Origin: Hormiphora californensis
Lineage: Eukaryota > Animalia > Ctenophora
Assembly: GCA_020137815.1 (NCBI GenBank)
Contig: CM035360.1
Span: 5,456,001-5,520,000, forward strand
DNA: 64,000 bases
Reading direction: 5' to 3'
The position numbers and the translations under genes were made by a program. Shown here one piece after another: positions 1-29,883 of this stretch (positions are counted from its first letter, which is position 1; every line of letters begins with the position of its first letter). The notes beneath the pieces were generated by a model that had not been told where the DNA came from, did not search any database, and saw only the letters and a program-made list of their open reading frames with translations.

Positions 1-471
1 TTGAAGCACTTGGTAACCAACTGGGGTCTCCTAAGCAACTGACTTGGTTGCCATAGCAACTATCCTGGTTACCATAGGAACTGCTTTGGTTACCATAGCA
101 ACTGCCTTTGGTTACCTTAGCAACTTACCTAGTTACCTTAGTAACCAACATCGCATCAGCCAAAAAATGCTCTCTGAGCACAAAATTCATCAGGAAATCC
201 AGTTTTGAAGCTTATTCATCAATTTTAAATCCATTTGGCAGGGAAACACCGCATTATGAATACGTAATGCAATAATTCTTGTTCAGTAAAGAAACAATCC
301 TTGTGTTTTGGTAGGCACTAGGCGTGTATCAAGTATGGGCTATTCAAAACAGGCAAATACACGACTGGCTCCACCAGAAAAAAGAATAGGTAACTATGGA
401 GACGGAATTCAGAAATTAAAAACAATCTCATAAAAGACGACATTAATTTCCAAATTACATCCATTTTCTAC

Positions 472-3400
472 CTGGGTGTGTGAGCGCGAGGGTGATCCTT
501 TTCCTCCTTCCTTCCTCCCTCCTCCTTGTTGTTATCCTCATCTCCATCACTACCCGCATCACTAGAGCTCTCAACATTGTCTTTACCGTGGTCAGTGTGC
601 TCTAGAATCGTACTAAAACCAGGCTTCCGGGCTTTATAGAGGGGAGTCCGGGAATCTGAAACGGGACCTTTAGCTCGCAATTAGCAGGGATTTAGAGCGA
701 AATAAGAATTAAAAACAAATAGAGATCAACTAGAAGCTGTGCTGCTAGAAATTTATGGAGAATTATGTTTTTTTCAATATTTACAGCGGGTAGATTACTG
801 CAGCGGGCGATAGAGAATGTTCACAACTAACAAAAATACCAGTTACCTGTTTCAGATTCAGTCCACATGGATTCAGTTAAGATGCCGTTATGTTCCGAGC
901 TGTCTGTCTCGTGTTCAGCTCTCCGTGGAGGATTCGTGGCGGTGTGGTCTGTGATGCTGGGCGTCCCCATTTTGGAGATCTACCTCACTCTCACTCTCAT
1001 CTGAGTCCTTGGCTTTTGCGGGACCCTTCTAAAAGAAATAAATGTTAAGTTAAGACGGAGATGAGGGTAAGAGCCTAAGAGGGTTCCGCAGGAAGAAATG
1101 GGATAAATAATGCTGAGCGGGAGGACTTCTAAGAAATTGTTCATTTGACTGCTAAGAGATAAGTGATTTTGTTCGAGAATGATACATGATGTAACATTTT
1201 AAAACTTTCTTTGCCGGATAAGATAACTGAAATTAAAGAACACTTTGAATCCCCATGGTATCTCACCTTTCCCAGTGGTCCCCCATTCAACAGCGGATGG
1301 TGGTGATGATGATGGTTACTAGTTCCATTCTTCAGCACCTGGTCCATATCATGGTCGTGTTCACTCCACTCACAGTTCAGATCGTGAGAGTTAGGATTTG
1401 AGGAGGATATCGTGGAGCTGGTAGATGTGGTCTGAAAATCATCGACTTGTTGTTGGGCGGTGATATTGGGTCTGTTGATGTGGTTAATCTGAGTCTGTAG
1501 TGTAAACTATAGTGGGGCGGGGATGAGTCAAGGACGTGGGATTAGGGAGAGGAAGCTGTCAAGGCAGAAAGATAGGTATAGTCGCACCACGTTTAACCAG
1601 GATCCTCAGAGAAAGATATATAGTGGGGGGGGGGGGCGGTAAATCGGGGTCCGACTGTCGTGTGTGTGTCTAAAATTTACCGATTTTGTGGTGGTTTTGT
1701 GTTTCAGCTCTGCTGAATTACTGTTCCTCAGCACCACACGGCGTCTGAGATTCACTGAAGTATCTATCTTCTTGGTGAACGATTTGGATTGTTTGGTGGT
1801 TGATCCTTGTTGTTTCTGGATACCCGATGTCATGGACTGTTTCGTTGAGGATGATGTCACCGTCTTGGACTTTTTTATCAGTGTCGATCTGGTGGGAGAT
1901 AAGAGGGTTGGAATAAATTTGAAGGTAGGAGAAGCGGAATAAAATCTATCTAAAGAAAGGGTAAAATGTGAAACTTAGCACAAGTTCTAAAAAGATTACA
2001 CATGGAACACCATATTGTTTTGGCTTCTTCAGAAGGAAAGCCCAACTCCATTTTTGACACAGTATTTCCACATTTATTGGCACATGACGTGTGTATGCAG
2101 AGTTGAGAGTATGTTTCTGTCAAACTAATCATGTTAGAGCCCTGCAGTTTTCCCAAGAAAGGAGAAAATAAATATGTTTGTGTGTGGTACTAAAAATGGG
2201 ATTGGTTAAACTGTTTAGTGGTTCAATAAACTATTAGTTGCCAGGGGTATTCACTGATTGGGGGTGTAAAAATAACATGAAAAATGTACCAGATTGAAAA
2301 AGAGGAAATATTAAAACACTTACATTCCACTTTTTTGGGCCTTTTTCATGTCCGTTGCGACGGCTTGGCAGAAGATCAACCCTACCACGAACCATAACTG
2401 AAAAAGGGAGTTGAGAAGGCTTAGGAGGAGCCAGATGTGTGGAAGGAAATACATTTGATTCAAATCATAACAAACTTAGCCATACTGCATATATCTGTAT
2501 ATATTCCTCTCTCTAGCCCCATCTCCCTTGCCACAGAATACGTATAATAACACCGTATTACCTTTTGAACATTCTGGAAAGTTTACCAAGCGGAAACGCA
2601 CAAACCAAGAGTGATCACTGGTCACTGGTCAGGTGTTACTTTCTTTGTATATTGTGAGATTTACGACCTATGCGACTTATTTCTCCTTTAGTACCAATGT
2701 GTTGCAACACAAATGTATGGAAACCATTTAAATACTCCAAGTGCAGCAACTTGATATTGCTTGAGTGCCGGAGAAGATTAAAATATTCTACACATTCTTT
2801 CTCCCATCTCAGAAAGAGAGAGCCTCTCTCATCTGCCTTTATAATGTGTCATCTCTATCTATCTCTCTAACTCTCTCCCTCTGATCTCTATATCTCTCCA
2901 GACTCCGGCTCTCTTATCCTGTAAAACATGCATATATAATACAGTTGTAGACGCCACTAGTACCTGCAGCAAATATATCTCTACTCTCTCTCACTCTCCC
3001 TTTTATCCCATTCCGGGACTTTCAATAAATACATAAACGAGTATCCGACTACTTATGTATGTCCTTTTAGCCCAGCACTCTCCCCAGGACCTAGGTCTTC
3101 TTCTTTCTAAACCTCTTGCCCAGCCTAACCCTACTACAAAATATCCTACAAAGAAGGAATTGCTCAAACTAAATTCACCACATCCAGAATTAAAAAACCA
3201 TGATGAGAGAAACCAAAACAGGATATGATGAGAAAACATCAAAATGATCACCAACACGAAACCTACCACAATTGGAGTAAGACACTCGCACAGTAGAACA
3301 TCATCCACGTTTTCAACGTTGATAACAAGTACCGACATTAGCAGGAGTAAACACCACAAGAGTGCCAAACCGGAAAATATCGCACGGGATGTTTTTCCTG

Positions 3401-4210
3401 TCCACCTGTGGGAAGATTGAGGAAATGATAAAAATTTGGGTCAGAAAAGTGAGACTCAGGGTAGGTGTAAAGCTAATGCATATAAAATGTCCATTCTCTA
3501 TAATGTAGAATCTATATCTTTCCTGAATTTGTCTTATCAGAGAAGACAAATTTTGAAAGATTATGGATGCTACTTAGAAAATTCTCGAGAAGGGGGATAT
3601 TATATGCGTATGATATGCAAAATAGCCTTGTTGCAAATGCAAGCAATCATGGATATGAAACATGTGGAGAGGGACACATTATATCTCCCTCTGCAACAGG
3701 AGAAAGCAATGTTAGCCCATCATTACCATTTCCAATAGAGCGGCAGGAAAACCAGACGGAGGATGCCAAAAAATGTTATATCAGTCCAGTTATAACTTGG
3801 TTTCGGCTTCTCAAACTGAGTTCCTGAAGTGATAAAAGGAATTTATGGTTGCTTTATATTCAAGTTAAAGTTACATACAGCAAACATTTATCGGAATTGT
3901 TAACTAACCACGAATAAGGTCGACATCTATCAATTCTTTCTTGAGTTTAGTTCGTGTTGTTGTAAAATCTTCAGGCTGATTGGGAAATGATGAAAGTTAG
4001 GCAACTAGACTCTTGAATCATGGAAGAACTGGGAAAATATAATAACGTACCTTGAATTTCTCTGCTTGTTGTTCCCACGCAGCCTGGTCGTGCTTACTTA
4101 TCTGAAACACGGAAATTGTTAGGATCAGTCAACGCACATTAATTAACACAATATCGCACCTTTAATTGTATCCATTCGACTGTATCGTTGACCCTTTCAC
4201 CGAAGGCCAT
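472..4210 (-). CDS. PHTF: PHTF-family (putative homeodomain transcription factor) membrane protein; 5' part, continues past the window start
   Basis: GT-AG exons ~4160-4210, 4051-4101, 3909-3975, 3729-3823, 3267-3405, 2323-2397 and further exons to ~472 join to MAFGERVNDTVEWIQLKISKHDQAAWEQQAEKFK...KELIDVDLIRGTQFEKPKP...LRLVFLPLYWKWW...LWFVVGLIFCQAVAT. This matches the PHTF1/2 N-terminus (DLIDVDLIRGS, VFFP, HCQIVST). Confidence 0.85.
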
Positions 4211-4619
4211 ACATCAACACGCCCAAATCGCCTTTTGAGATTTGTTGACTCCTCTGATTTTTGGCTCTCACTCAATCAAGGGATCACGTGAACGAACAAA
4301 AACAGTTCTACCAGAGTACCAAACCTTTGTACGAGAGGTAAAGCCGATAATATTCGATATCGAATTTACGGAGGCGATAAAACGGGGGAGTGAAAATATT
4401 TACAAAAACTCAAACCAACCGCGTTTGTGTTTTGAAATTTTAACGGAAAATTTTGACAACGAAAATGCAAAGCAGCGCATAAACAAAATTTGTAGCGGTG
4501 GCCGTTCATTGCCGCGCTTCAAGCAGTCTAGGCTGCGCCGCGCGGTCCGATCGACGCGACTGGATCTCGAGTTTTTAAAACTCTGGAACGCGAACGTTCT
4601 TTTCTGGCCAGCGTTAAAG

Positions 4620-4834
4620 TCGGATTTTTTGAAACTGTCACCCCCCTAGACTTTTCAAATTTCTTTAAATGACCATAAGTCCGGTTCCTGATGAGATAGA
4701 GACTTGAAATTTGGAAGTTACGAAGATCTTGCTAAGTTCTTCCGAACCTCCAAATTTCAAGTCTCTATCTTATCAGGAACCGGAGATATGACAAATTTTT
4801 TATTTCAGGGGGGTGACAGTTTCAAAAAATCCGA
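4620..4834. mobile_element. Palindromic non-autonomous element (MITE/foldback)
   Basis: tcggattttttgaaactgtcacccccc (4620) is inverted at 4808-4834; inner arms 4680-4720 and 4745-4784 are also complementary. Confidence 0.75.
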
Positions 4835-4841
4835 GTATAAA

Positions 4842-5064
4842 ATCTGGGTGTTTCGTGAGTGCTGACAAACGGTTTTTTAGGGTTAGGGCAAAAGTAGGGT
4901 TAGGGTTAGGGCTGGGGTTTGGGTTGAGGTTAGGCCTTGACATTTCCTACCAGATAAACTTTGAATTAGCCAAAACGGTTGAGTGGTTCGGCGGTTAGAG
5001 CCGTTTTAGTGAATCAACTTTTTTGGCAGCGCGCACCTGTAAACAGGCCACCAAACACCCAGAT
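4842..5064. mobile_element. MITE with degenerate TTAGGG-like interior
   Basis: Inverted ends atctgggtgttt / aaacacccagat; a diverged copy lies at 54084-54289. Confidence 0.7.
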
Positions 5065-5998
5065 CGTAACGGCGCCCTTCTTTTCTTTGAAAAGCGCTGC
5101 CTTATCCCAGCAACGTTTGCCAATTCTTTTCTTTGGTTTTTCGTCGTTTTTCGCTTCAGCCGTTGAAAAGCGCTGCCTTATCCCCGTCAGCCGTCAACGT
5201 GGGTTTGCTTTGGTAGTAAAAACTAAGCTACATGAAAATCAGGACTTAAATCTACGATTTTGAACCTGTAACTTTGGAAATTAAGCTTCAGCGTCTTCAT
5301 GGCCTAGGCTGGAATTTTGAAATAGGGAGCAGAAGCCTCTCGAGTCTCGTGTGGGGTAAAATGACGATTTAGTGGTCGGGAAAGGTAGTCCCTACAACTC
5401 ATGTCTAAAATATGAGTCGATTCACCGTCGATTCACTGGGTCCCAGCCCCAATTGGCAATTGGCTTTACACCACAAAGAGGGTTTAATCAAACATGCCAG
5501 AGTCCAAATATTCTGAGTTTCTCGCCACTGGATGGTCTGTGAAATAAAGGGCTCACTTTTTTTAGATCTCTAATCTACAAGAAAAACTTGTTTGATACAT
5601 TTAAAATACATATCCTCAGTCTTCACTTAAGAAGTATCGTGTGTGCTAGAAAGTAGAAACAGAAAGAGATACTGTGTGTATCATTAACGTTCTCGTGGTC
5701 GCTGAAAAGTTACACTACATACTTCCTGCTTAGAGACCTCCTTTCTCCCCGCCCTCTCTCTTTTCTCTCTCCTTTCTCTCTCTTTCTTTTCTCTCTCTCT
5801 CTTTTCTCTCAATCTGGTTCTACGTACCTCTACCCCGCCGCAGTTTCCTAAACTTCCTCTGTCTTTCTCTTTCTCGTGCTTTTGTTTTTCATGACGGACA
5901 ATTATTTGTGGACAAAAGCATGAATACTCTTCGTTTTGTTTACTAATTTACAAGCTCAAATGCAATCATACAAGTCATGAATAACAAAACGGCCGCCT

Positions 5999-8900
5999 TA
6001 GCACAACTAATCCCAGTTCATTTCTTCCATCTCTTCTTCGTGATCGTGATCGTGATCTGCGTGTCGTGTTTCCTCGTCCTTCTCTATAGGGTCAGTAGAT
6101 TCCTGTTCCACGCTGTTTTCTGAAATACGAGGTAACGATTAGGAACAATTATTGTCAAACCTGAACATACAACCCCAAAAGGTTGGAACCTCTTTACCAT
6201 TCTAAGGCCTCCTATTCAACACAAGTATGAACAATTCCAGGGAATTCTATCGCATCGTCTAGACTCTAGAATAAGTTTGAAGTTACCTTGTTGTTGTTCA
6301 GTGGTGTAGAGGGTTAGTGGGATATCTCCTGTTACAGTGACAGAGGGTGTCGTGGTGACACCTGTCAGTGCTCTTATCACTTCAAACTAAGGGGGGGGGG
6401 GTGATATGAGAGATATAATAGGGACTAATGGAAATCAAGGTCGCTCTCTTGCTTGCCAGAATACTCTTTCTAACTCTCCCTTTCTAACTCTCTCTTTCTG
6501 GGCTCTTTCCTCTCTACACCCACGCTAATTACACACTCAACTACATAATTGTAATTATTTTCCACACCGGACCTAAACACTACACATCACTTCCTAGACG
6601 GTCTGTTACACACAAGCTGTGATAGAACAATTCACATCTGTGTTTACATTGTGTGTCTAGTCTGACTCACGAGTTGTAAATATCTTGAACACAACCGATC
6701 CACTTGATACTTCTCTCCCTCTACAACTTTCCAGTTCTCAGTATATGTCTTGAACACAATCTCTTTATTTAAAACACTCAATAGTCGAAACTTCGCCCTC
6801 TCATTCCAATTCTCCGATGCTGGGCCCAGTCCCCACCATTATTACCTGTCGCTCTGATAATGTGTAGATCTTGCCAGTGTTAACTACTCTGTAATCGTAG
6901 CAGCAGTCCTCGTGTGTGCTAACTTCCACAGTCGGCATGAACACTCCAATATCAACTGGGAGGGGTGGGGAGTTAGAATGGGAGTTAGAAGAGGATTCGG
7001 GGGCAAAAGGGGAGTTAGGAGACTGGAGAGGATTAGGGGACTGGGGAGAAAGGGGGAGATGATTAGGGTAGGAAGTTAGGAAGGGAGCTAATTTCAACAA
7101 TCTTTGAGGGACGGATAAGTTTTGTTTTTCAGATCCAAGCAACCGACCAATTACACTATTTATGGCCTAAATGTACTGTGTAGAGAACTATATAAAGGAG
7201 ATAGATAGAGCCATACTAGCATTATGAGCGTACAATCGTGTATAACGCTCTTTGTCTCTATGTTGTTGTCTTTGCCTTGTTGTTGTCTTTGTGTGTGTTG
7301 CCTTTTTGTATTGGCTACTGCTTGTGCAATTCACACTCTACCAGTCAATTTGCAGTGTGGTTTGTGCGCCTAACTGACATGCAGATAGAGAGAAAAGAGA
7401 AATGGAGAGAAATTAACCAGAAGGAATCAAGACAAAAAGAGAATGAAAATAGCTGTTATAGCTGCACACAACTCAGCTTTTAATTTGTTAGCTGAGTTGA
7501 GCGCAAAGCTAATATTTTCTAAAGATGTATTGGAGTGTGGACTATTTATTAATCTGTATGGAATCACGATTCTTTACATTCAGTTGCCTGCCTAGATACT
7601 GCGTCATTACACGGTACACGCTAACAAAACAATAGTATTGCCTGCCATTATCAGTGATTGTTGTTATTCATTGTTGCTGGTACAATCGATCAAATCCTTC
7701 ATTAGAGCTGATTATACTCCAATATCAATAAGACAATCATAGAGAGTATAGTTCTATAATCACATGCTGTACTGACCTTGTAGGGTGTCTCCATCAACTG
7801 AGTTCAACATATCCAGATACTGGCTTATCTCCTCACACTCCTAATAAGGAATTGTTTGGTTACTACTACTACAATACAGGAACCTAATGATGAGATACTG
7901 CAGTAACTATTGTACCAACACAGTATAACATTTTCCTGTTAAAAGATAGTATAACTTGCCTCTGTCCCCACAGTGAATAGTGTCGTGAAAATAATATCCT
8001 TTTCTTCCTCTAGCTCTTTCTCACTTCCTGGTAAAAACAAAAACTTTAAACTCCAACTATCAGAATTTCTCTCCTCTTACCCCCCCCCCCCATTGTATGG
8101 CTAGTTTATGTTGGACCTATTTTTCGCTCAGAGTATACTAAGGTAGGGTCTGACAACCAGACAACACTCTCCTAAATTAGGGTTGCTGACAGGAACCGAC
8201 CGAATCAGGAAATACTGGTCCCTGATTGGCTGATAACCAGTCACGTGACCTAAATGACGAGTTCTGATTGGTTGTTTACTTGTTTCGGTCGGTTCCTGGT
8301 TGCTGACAACTAGACTAACCCGGGGTAATATTGAACATTTCACATGTTATGAGGAACTCTGCATCAAACCGCTCTCCGTCCCTCACGTACATCGACCAGG
8401 CCCGTACCTCCACACTTACCACCTGAAATGATATTGTGACTTGTTACAATTGTTGTGTACTTGCTAAAAACCTAGGATATATAAAGATTCTTCGGCCGCA
8501 TTTCGTTGATCCTCCGCTGACACAATCAGTTGTTAGAATATAAAGGAGAAGTACAATCTAAAATCATTTGACAGAACTTCTTGTCTTACCTTGCCCATTA
8601 TCTCAGGTTTCCCAGGCACCTCTAACCAGACATCTCCCACCACATTAACTGCTCCCTTCCTCTCTCCATGGTGTTCACAATTAACTGATGACGTGTTATC
8701 GACCGGGGTGGTCAGGTAGGGGACGTTATCCTCTAGCACAATGTGGTGTGGGGATGCTAGATCTGGGGTGGGACACTCTGCACAGTTACCACGGCAACCT
8801 GGGGGGGGGGAGGGGGCAATTAGTAAATCATTTATAGCAGGGGTCTGGGTTAATATGGCATGGTATCGTTAGAGAAATTATCGTGAGAGAAATAGAGACA

Positions 8901-9333
8901 GATTAATCTATTACTAGCACTATTATATCATATCTCTTTGCACGTGATGATGATGATGGTGTTTGGTAAATGTTCATCGTGCTGTAACAACAAGAAGTTG
9001 CAGTAGTGTGTGAACATTTACCAAACAAGCTGGGTGAGTATTTGCTATTAACTAGAAATGTGTACAGATAACCAGGAAACCCAATGCATGTACTGCACTT
9101 GTGCGTTACAGAGTTACAATATATATTGGCTAGATGCAAGACATTGCAGATAAACTTGTCTAAACTTGTCCAACTTGTGTTGCCTAAAAACTTGTATCGA
9201 AAAAGTTGTCCAACTTGTATAACTATGTAACTTAAGTCACTACTCTACAATTACACATGGTAGATAAAGTCGTCAAATAATAACCTGAGAGTAGAGCTGA
9301 TAGCTGGAGGACAAGGAAAACTAACGGCGTCAT
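5999..9333 (-). CDS. Uncharacterised predicted secreted protein (multi-exon)
   Basis: Exon 9285-9333 gives MTPLVFLVLQLSALLSG (signal-like) and splices in phase to 8591-8798 (CRGNCAECPTPD...), ~8321-8422 and ~7960-8027. Further exon-like blocks at ~7777-7840, 6848-6955, 6288-6361 and ~5999-6119 (acidic C-terminus ...HEEEMEEMNWD*). Two downstream junction phases are unresolved. Confidence 0.6.
8190..8298. mobile_element. hAT-type MITE, 109 bp
   Basis: 15-bp TIR caggaaccgaccgaa / ttcggtcggttcctg and 8-bp TSD gttgctga (8182-8189, 8299-8306). A partial copy lies at ~55041-55108. Confidence 0.85.
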
Positions 9334-9805
9334 ATCACGTCAAGAGGCAGAAGTGAGAAGGGAAGCTTGAAGTGCACTGAACTGCCCCCCTGTTATCTTA
9401 CAGCTGATAATGAAATGTGACCACTCTAATCACCCCATGGAGCAATGGGATATGTCTAATTTGCTTCCTCTTTTTATGTAGCCTTTCTCTATCTCCTTTT
9501 CTCTCTCTCTCTCTCTCTATCTATCTCTCTCGATCTCTCTCTCTCTTACTCTTCTTCTCTTTCCCTTACCTGGATTTATCAATATCTCAGATTTCAGAAA
9601 TCTGACCTACCAATGATTTAACCCTCCTCTCTATAATAGCAAGAATGGAATAGCTAAATGACGAATAGAAGGTGACAGTTAAGTGGACAGGTGTAATTCA
9701 GTTGTGACAGCGGAGTGGTAATACAGTGTTTGGACCATGTCAGATGTTGACCAGCTCAGAGATGAGGAGTTGGAGGCCAAACACAAATGGTACGTTCCTT
9801 GCAAG

Positions 9806-9925
9806 GGTAGGTGTCTGGTAGGTGTTGGGTAGGTGTTGGGTAGGTGTTGGGTAGGTGTCGGGTAGGTGTTGGGTAGGTGTCGGGTAGGTGTTGGGTAGGT
9901 GTCGGATAGATATCGAGTAGGTGTC
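9806..9925. repeat. 11-bp minisatellite (GGTAGGTGTYG)n
   Basis: Direct tandem copies visible in the sequence. Confidence 0.9.
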
Positions 9926-10069
9926 TCCACTTGTTGAAGCACAAGTGTCAAAGATGAAAATGTACCCGAAAAAGATCTCGAAAACTTCTAATAAAGGCTC
10001 TGATATCACGTATTATAACTGAGTAACAGCTGTAGTAATCTAACAACTCTCCCTCTCTCCTCTCACAGG

Positions 10070-26305
<16,236 letters not shown>

Positions 26306-26872
26306 TTGGTACTGAGTCATGGTGGTTTTAGTAGTGCGACTGCTTTTGTTTGAGATATAATAAGCCCATGTGGGGTTGGAGCAAGTCAAACAATGGACTA
26401 CCTCTGCTTTTTGACAGCTGTTTGTGCTAGGGATATATATTATATAGGGTCAAATAATTATTGTTCGTCGTGGTTTGGCGATAAGTTAGTTAACCATTTA
26501 CCATTTTATCTAAATAACCTTTATCCAAACAGCAAGAGTTTGTAAGTGCAATTATATTTAACCGATTAATTGAATAACGTTCGGTATAAAGATCTAGGGA
26601 AACATATTTTGTTTGTATAAATGGTGCTATTGTTATTTTAAGAGAGGATTATTTTATTTGTTAGGTTTGTTACATCATTACGTCTGTTTTAAAACACAAA
26701 AATAGACTTGTTTTATACAGTCTTCAACTGTTCGAATTAAAATTTAAGTCACAAAAACGCACATTTCTGCACAGCTAAAATCAATAAGGGTCACTAAAAA
26801 TTCACCAAGCTTCAACCCAGAGCTGTACTCAGTACATGATATCACACAAGGTTATTTCACATCTAATTATTC

Positions 26873-28145
26873 TCAGTCCCCCGTACACCCGGATTTCGGA
26901 CACGTTTCTGTGTCCTGTTCGTGTACCCCCAGTAGTCCGGGCTCTACTCCAGGCAGATAGTCCCTCATCCACTCCCCGAATATCTTGTAACGAGCACCAG
27001 CCCGGGTTGGTCGACCCGTCAGGGTTGTACCCACGTCAGCATCAAATCTGTCGAAAGTTGGGTAATTATTGATGAATTGTTGATACTGAGTAGTACCATT
27101 TGATATCTTAAATCCACGAATTGTTTCACCCATTCGAAGCGAACTTACGAGGGTGTAAAAAAGAAGGGAATTGAGAATCGTTCCTGGTGAATTTGTCTCA
27201 CTCTGTGTCGTACAGCCAGGACCCTCCCATCAGTAATATCGGATATAAGGGTACCAATGTTTACTATAAATCCCTCCCCTGAGGTAGGGACATCCCAGTA
27301 ACGGTCCTGATAGAGAGCTTCCAGACCAGGGTTCTGAAGGGATTAGATTCAGTTAATATTACCAGAATTATAGGATGGATTTCATGATTATACTCTACCG
27401 ATCTGCTTCTTGATTCAATATTTGGAATGTTCATTGTTCAAGAGGGATAGAAAGAAGGGTAACGTCAAATTCTCTAACCTGAAACGTAGAAAGAATGGTA
27501 ACGGTTGAATCCTCATGTTCTAACTCAGTTAACCTATCCTCTGTCCCTGCTGGGTACCTCCTTAGACCCAGAGTACTAAACTCATGCTCCTTAAATCTGT
27601 CCGATAATTCAGGGTGTCCCAACACTGAGCCAATACACCTTACGACAGCCTTCCCTACTGATCGTCGTGTTTCAAAACTTTTAATGAAGGAGTTCTTGAA
27701 GTGTGTATCAAACATGGGGTCATTTGTTTTCGGCCACAGATTAGTTTCCCTCCCAACACCTCTGTACAATTCTAAACTGTTCTCAGTCGATGGGGGTTTG
27801 AAGCGAGGAATGTCATTAAAAGGTCCAATATTGTACATTTCCTTGAATTGTGTAGTAAGACCACCAACTAACGGCCCATATCCTCGATAAGCGTTGGTGC
27901 TTTCCTGCCTATGTTTCTTTACTGCAAGTGCCATTTTGGTCTTCAAGGGCAGTTTGAAGAATGATTTGAGTGTTTTTAGCTCCTCAGACGAGTTATAAGA
28001 AGGGATGTCTTGTACAAAAAACAGCCCAAATTGGACCATTGACGAGAGAAGACGTTGTTGGGTTGTAGAGTTGTTGTCCATGAGGTCATCATACCTAATT
28101 GATGCGGCATCGAGGAAGGGATTCTCAGGTTTCGCCGCTAGTGAT
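26873..28145 (-). CDS. 2-oxoglutarate/Fe(II) oxygenase, isopenicillin-N-synthase-like
   Basis: Exons ~27479-28145, 27148-27333 and 26873-27047: FFKLPLKTKM, YRGY, NLWP, LRRYP, HED (HxD), IVNIG, VRHRV and ERFSIPFF (RxS). The start exon is unresolved (candidate 28181-28250). Confidence 0.9.
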
Positions 28146-29184
28146 CTGCGGGAGAGAAACGGAGTTATTCACATTCATACCTCACAATGAATTATGAATT
28201 CCCAGAGGTGAATATGGCTCATGAGTAACAGAGACGAATATTAAGATGACCATAATCAATTCATACAGCTGCTGCAGTTCTCCCATAACGGCTCCACGTG
28301 CGATGTACGAAGCAATTGAGTCACGCGCGCACACTCTCTTGTGTAAAAAGCACACAACTCGTGGCGCGGTGACTAGCGGCCGTAGAGTGTACCAAATCGA
28401 AAGTGAAACTAACCTCAAAAAACTGGCTGGAAAATCGAGAAAGAAGCCATTTGAGAAGAGGGTTTTACAGCCAAATAAAACCGCAAGAAAAGCCACGGAT
28501 ATTGCAAATAAACGACTTGACATAACTGGGTGAATGGAATATTACATAACGAAATTAAATGAAATACAAAACGAGAACATTCGACAAATCATGCCAGGAG
28601 TGCGGCCAGGACTGATTATAACACAACTACGAGGACATACAACTTCAAACTGCTTCTAGAACGATCGGAATAGAGCAACATTACTTGATTCTAGATCACA
28701 CACAACTATCAGAAGGTGAGAGGTGACAGAATTAACTTGCGAACTGGTTAACATGATGGCTGGTTTTTGCAATAACACACTCTCTCTCTCACAAGCAAGC
28801 AGGCTGCTGTAGCAGTGTATACCACTGTAATTAGCACGTACGAAACAATACATTTTGATTGACACTCTACTGCCTGGCTTGTTACACACACAAACTGAGT
28901 CAATCTCTCCAAGAAAATCAGGGTGTAAATTGGAATCACATGCGATCAAGTTGAATATTTGTGTTCTCGTGACTCATGTATACGATGAATCTAATTTGAG
29001 ACTCATTGAATCATCACAAGGTTAATAATCAAATTGAAATTATGGGTAGTTCTCGTGCTAAAGCTAGGGTGGGTGATGGTGTAATTGAAATTATGTGTCT
29101 GTGACAAATTGGGAGAGATAATGAAACAGCTCAACGTATGACGCGTTACTGCAGGCAGAGGGAGAAAGAAATTGAACAAGAGAG

Positions 29185-29366
<182 letters not shown>

Positions 29367-29883
29367 AAAGAAGAGAGAACGGAGAAAGGGGTATGCTTGT
29401 ATGACGTAGTTAAGTAGTTTAGATATAAGATAAGGCGTGTTTAGGAGGAATCAGGAAGTACAAACTTGAACAAGCCCGATTACAATGAAAGAGTCCATAT
29501 ATGTTCAGTTTGCATCCGCCCTTCTTCGCTTTCACTGGACTGAGATCTGTGAATTGAGAAATGGGCGGGTACAATAAGGCGTACGTGGGTGTCATGGGGA
29601 AGCTGAAGGTGTACCCCGCCCTACATATGGAGTGAGATGGATCAAACAACTCACAAAAGAAAATGACTAACACAGTAACACACAGTGACAATGGAAAAGA
29701 CTGGACTCATTGTTGGCCCTCCAGCAGATAAGTTTAAACAACACTGAACAAAGTGTGATCAACTCTGCTTATCGAAGAAACGAGACGCTCACAGAAACAC
29801 TAGACGGTATTTAGAAGACACACAGGATAACGTCACCAAACATATGGGAAGTTACAGTGGCACGTGAAATATCTCGTGGTGAA

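Noticed and set aside
4242-4649. 135-aa ORF upstream of PHTF
   Set aside because: Non-ATG start, runs into a MITE, no recognisable motifs; more likely promoter DNA.
7960-8027. In-frame TGA as possible selenocysteine
   Set aside because: The upstream exon phase selects a different, open frame, and no SECIS was identified.
26873-26900. FYY luciferin-precursor terminus
   Set aside because: The protein ends in CTGD, so it is not an FYY protein.
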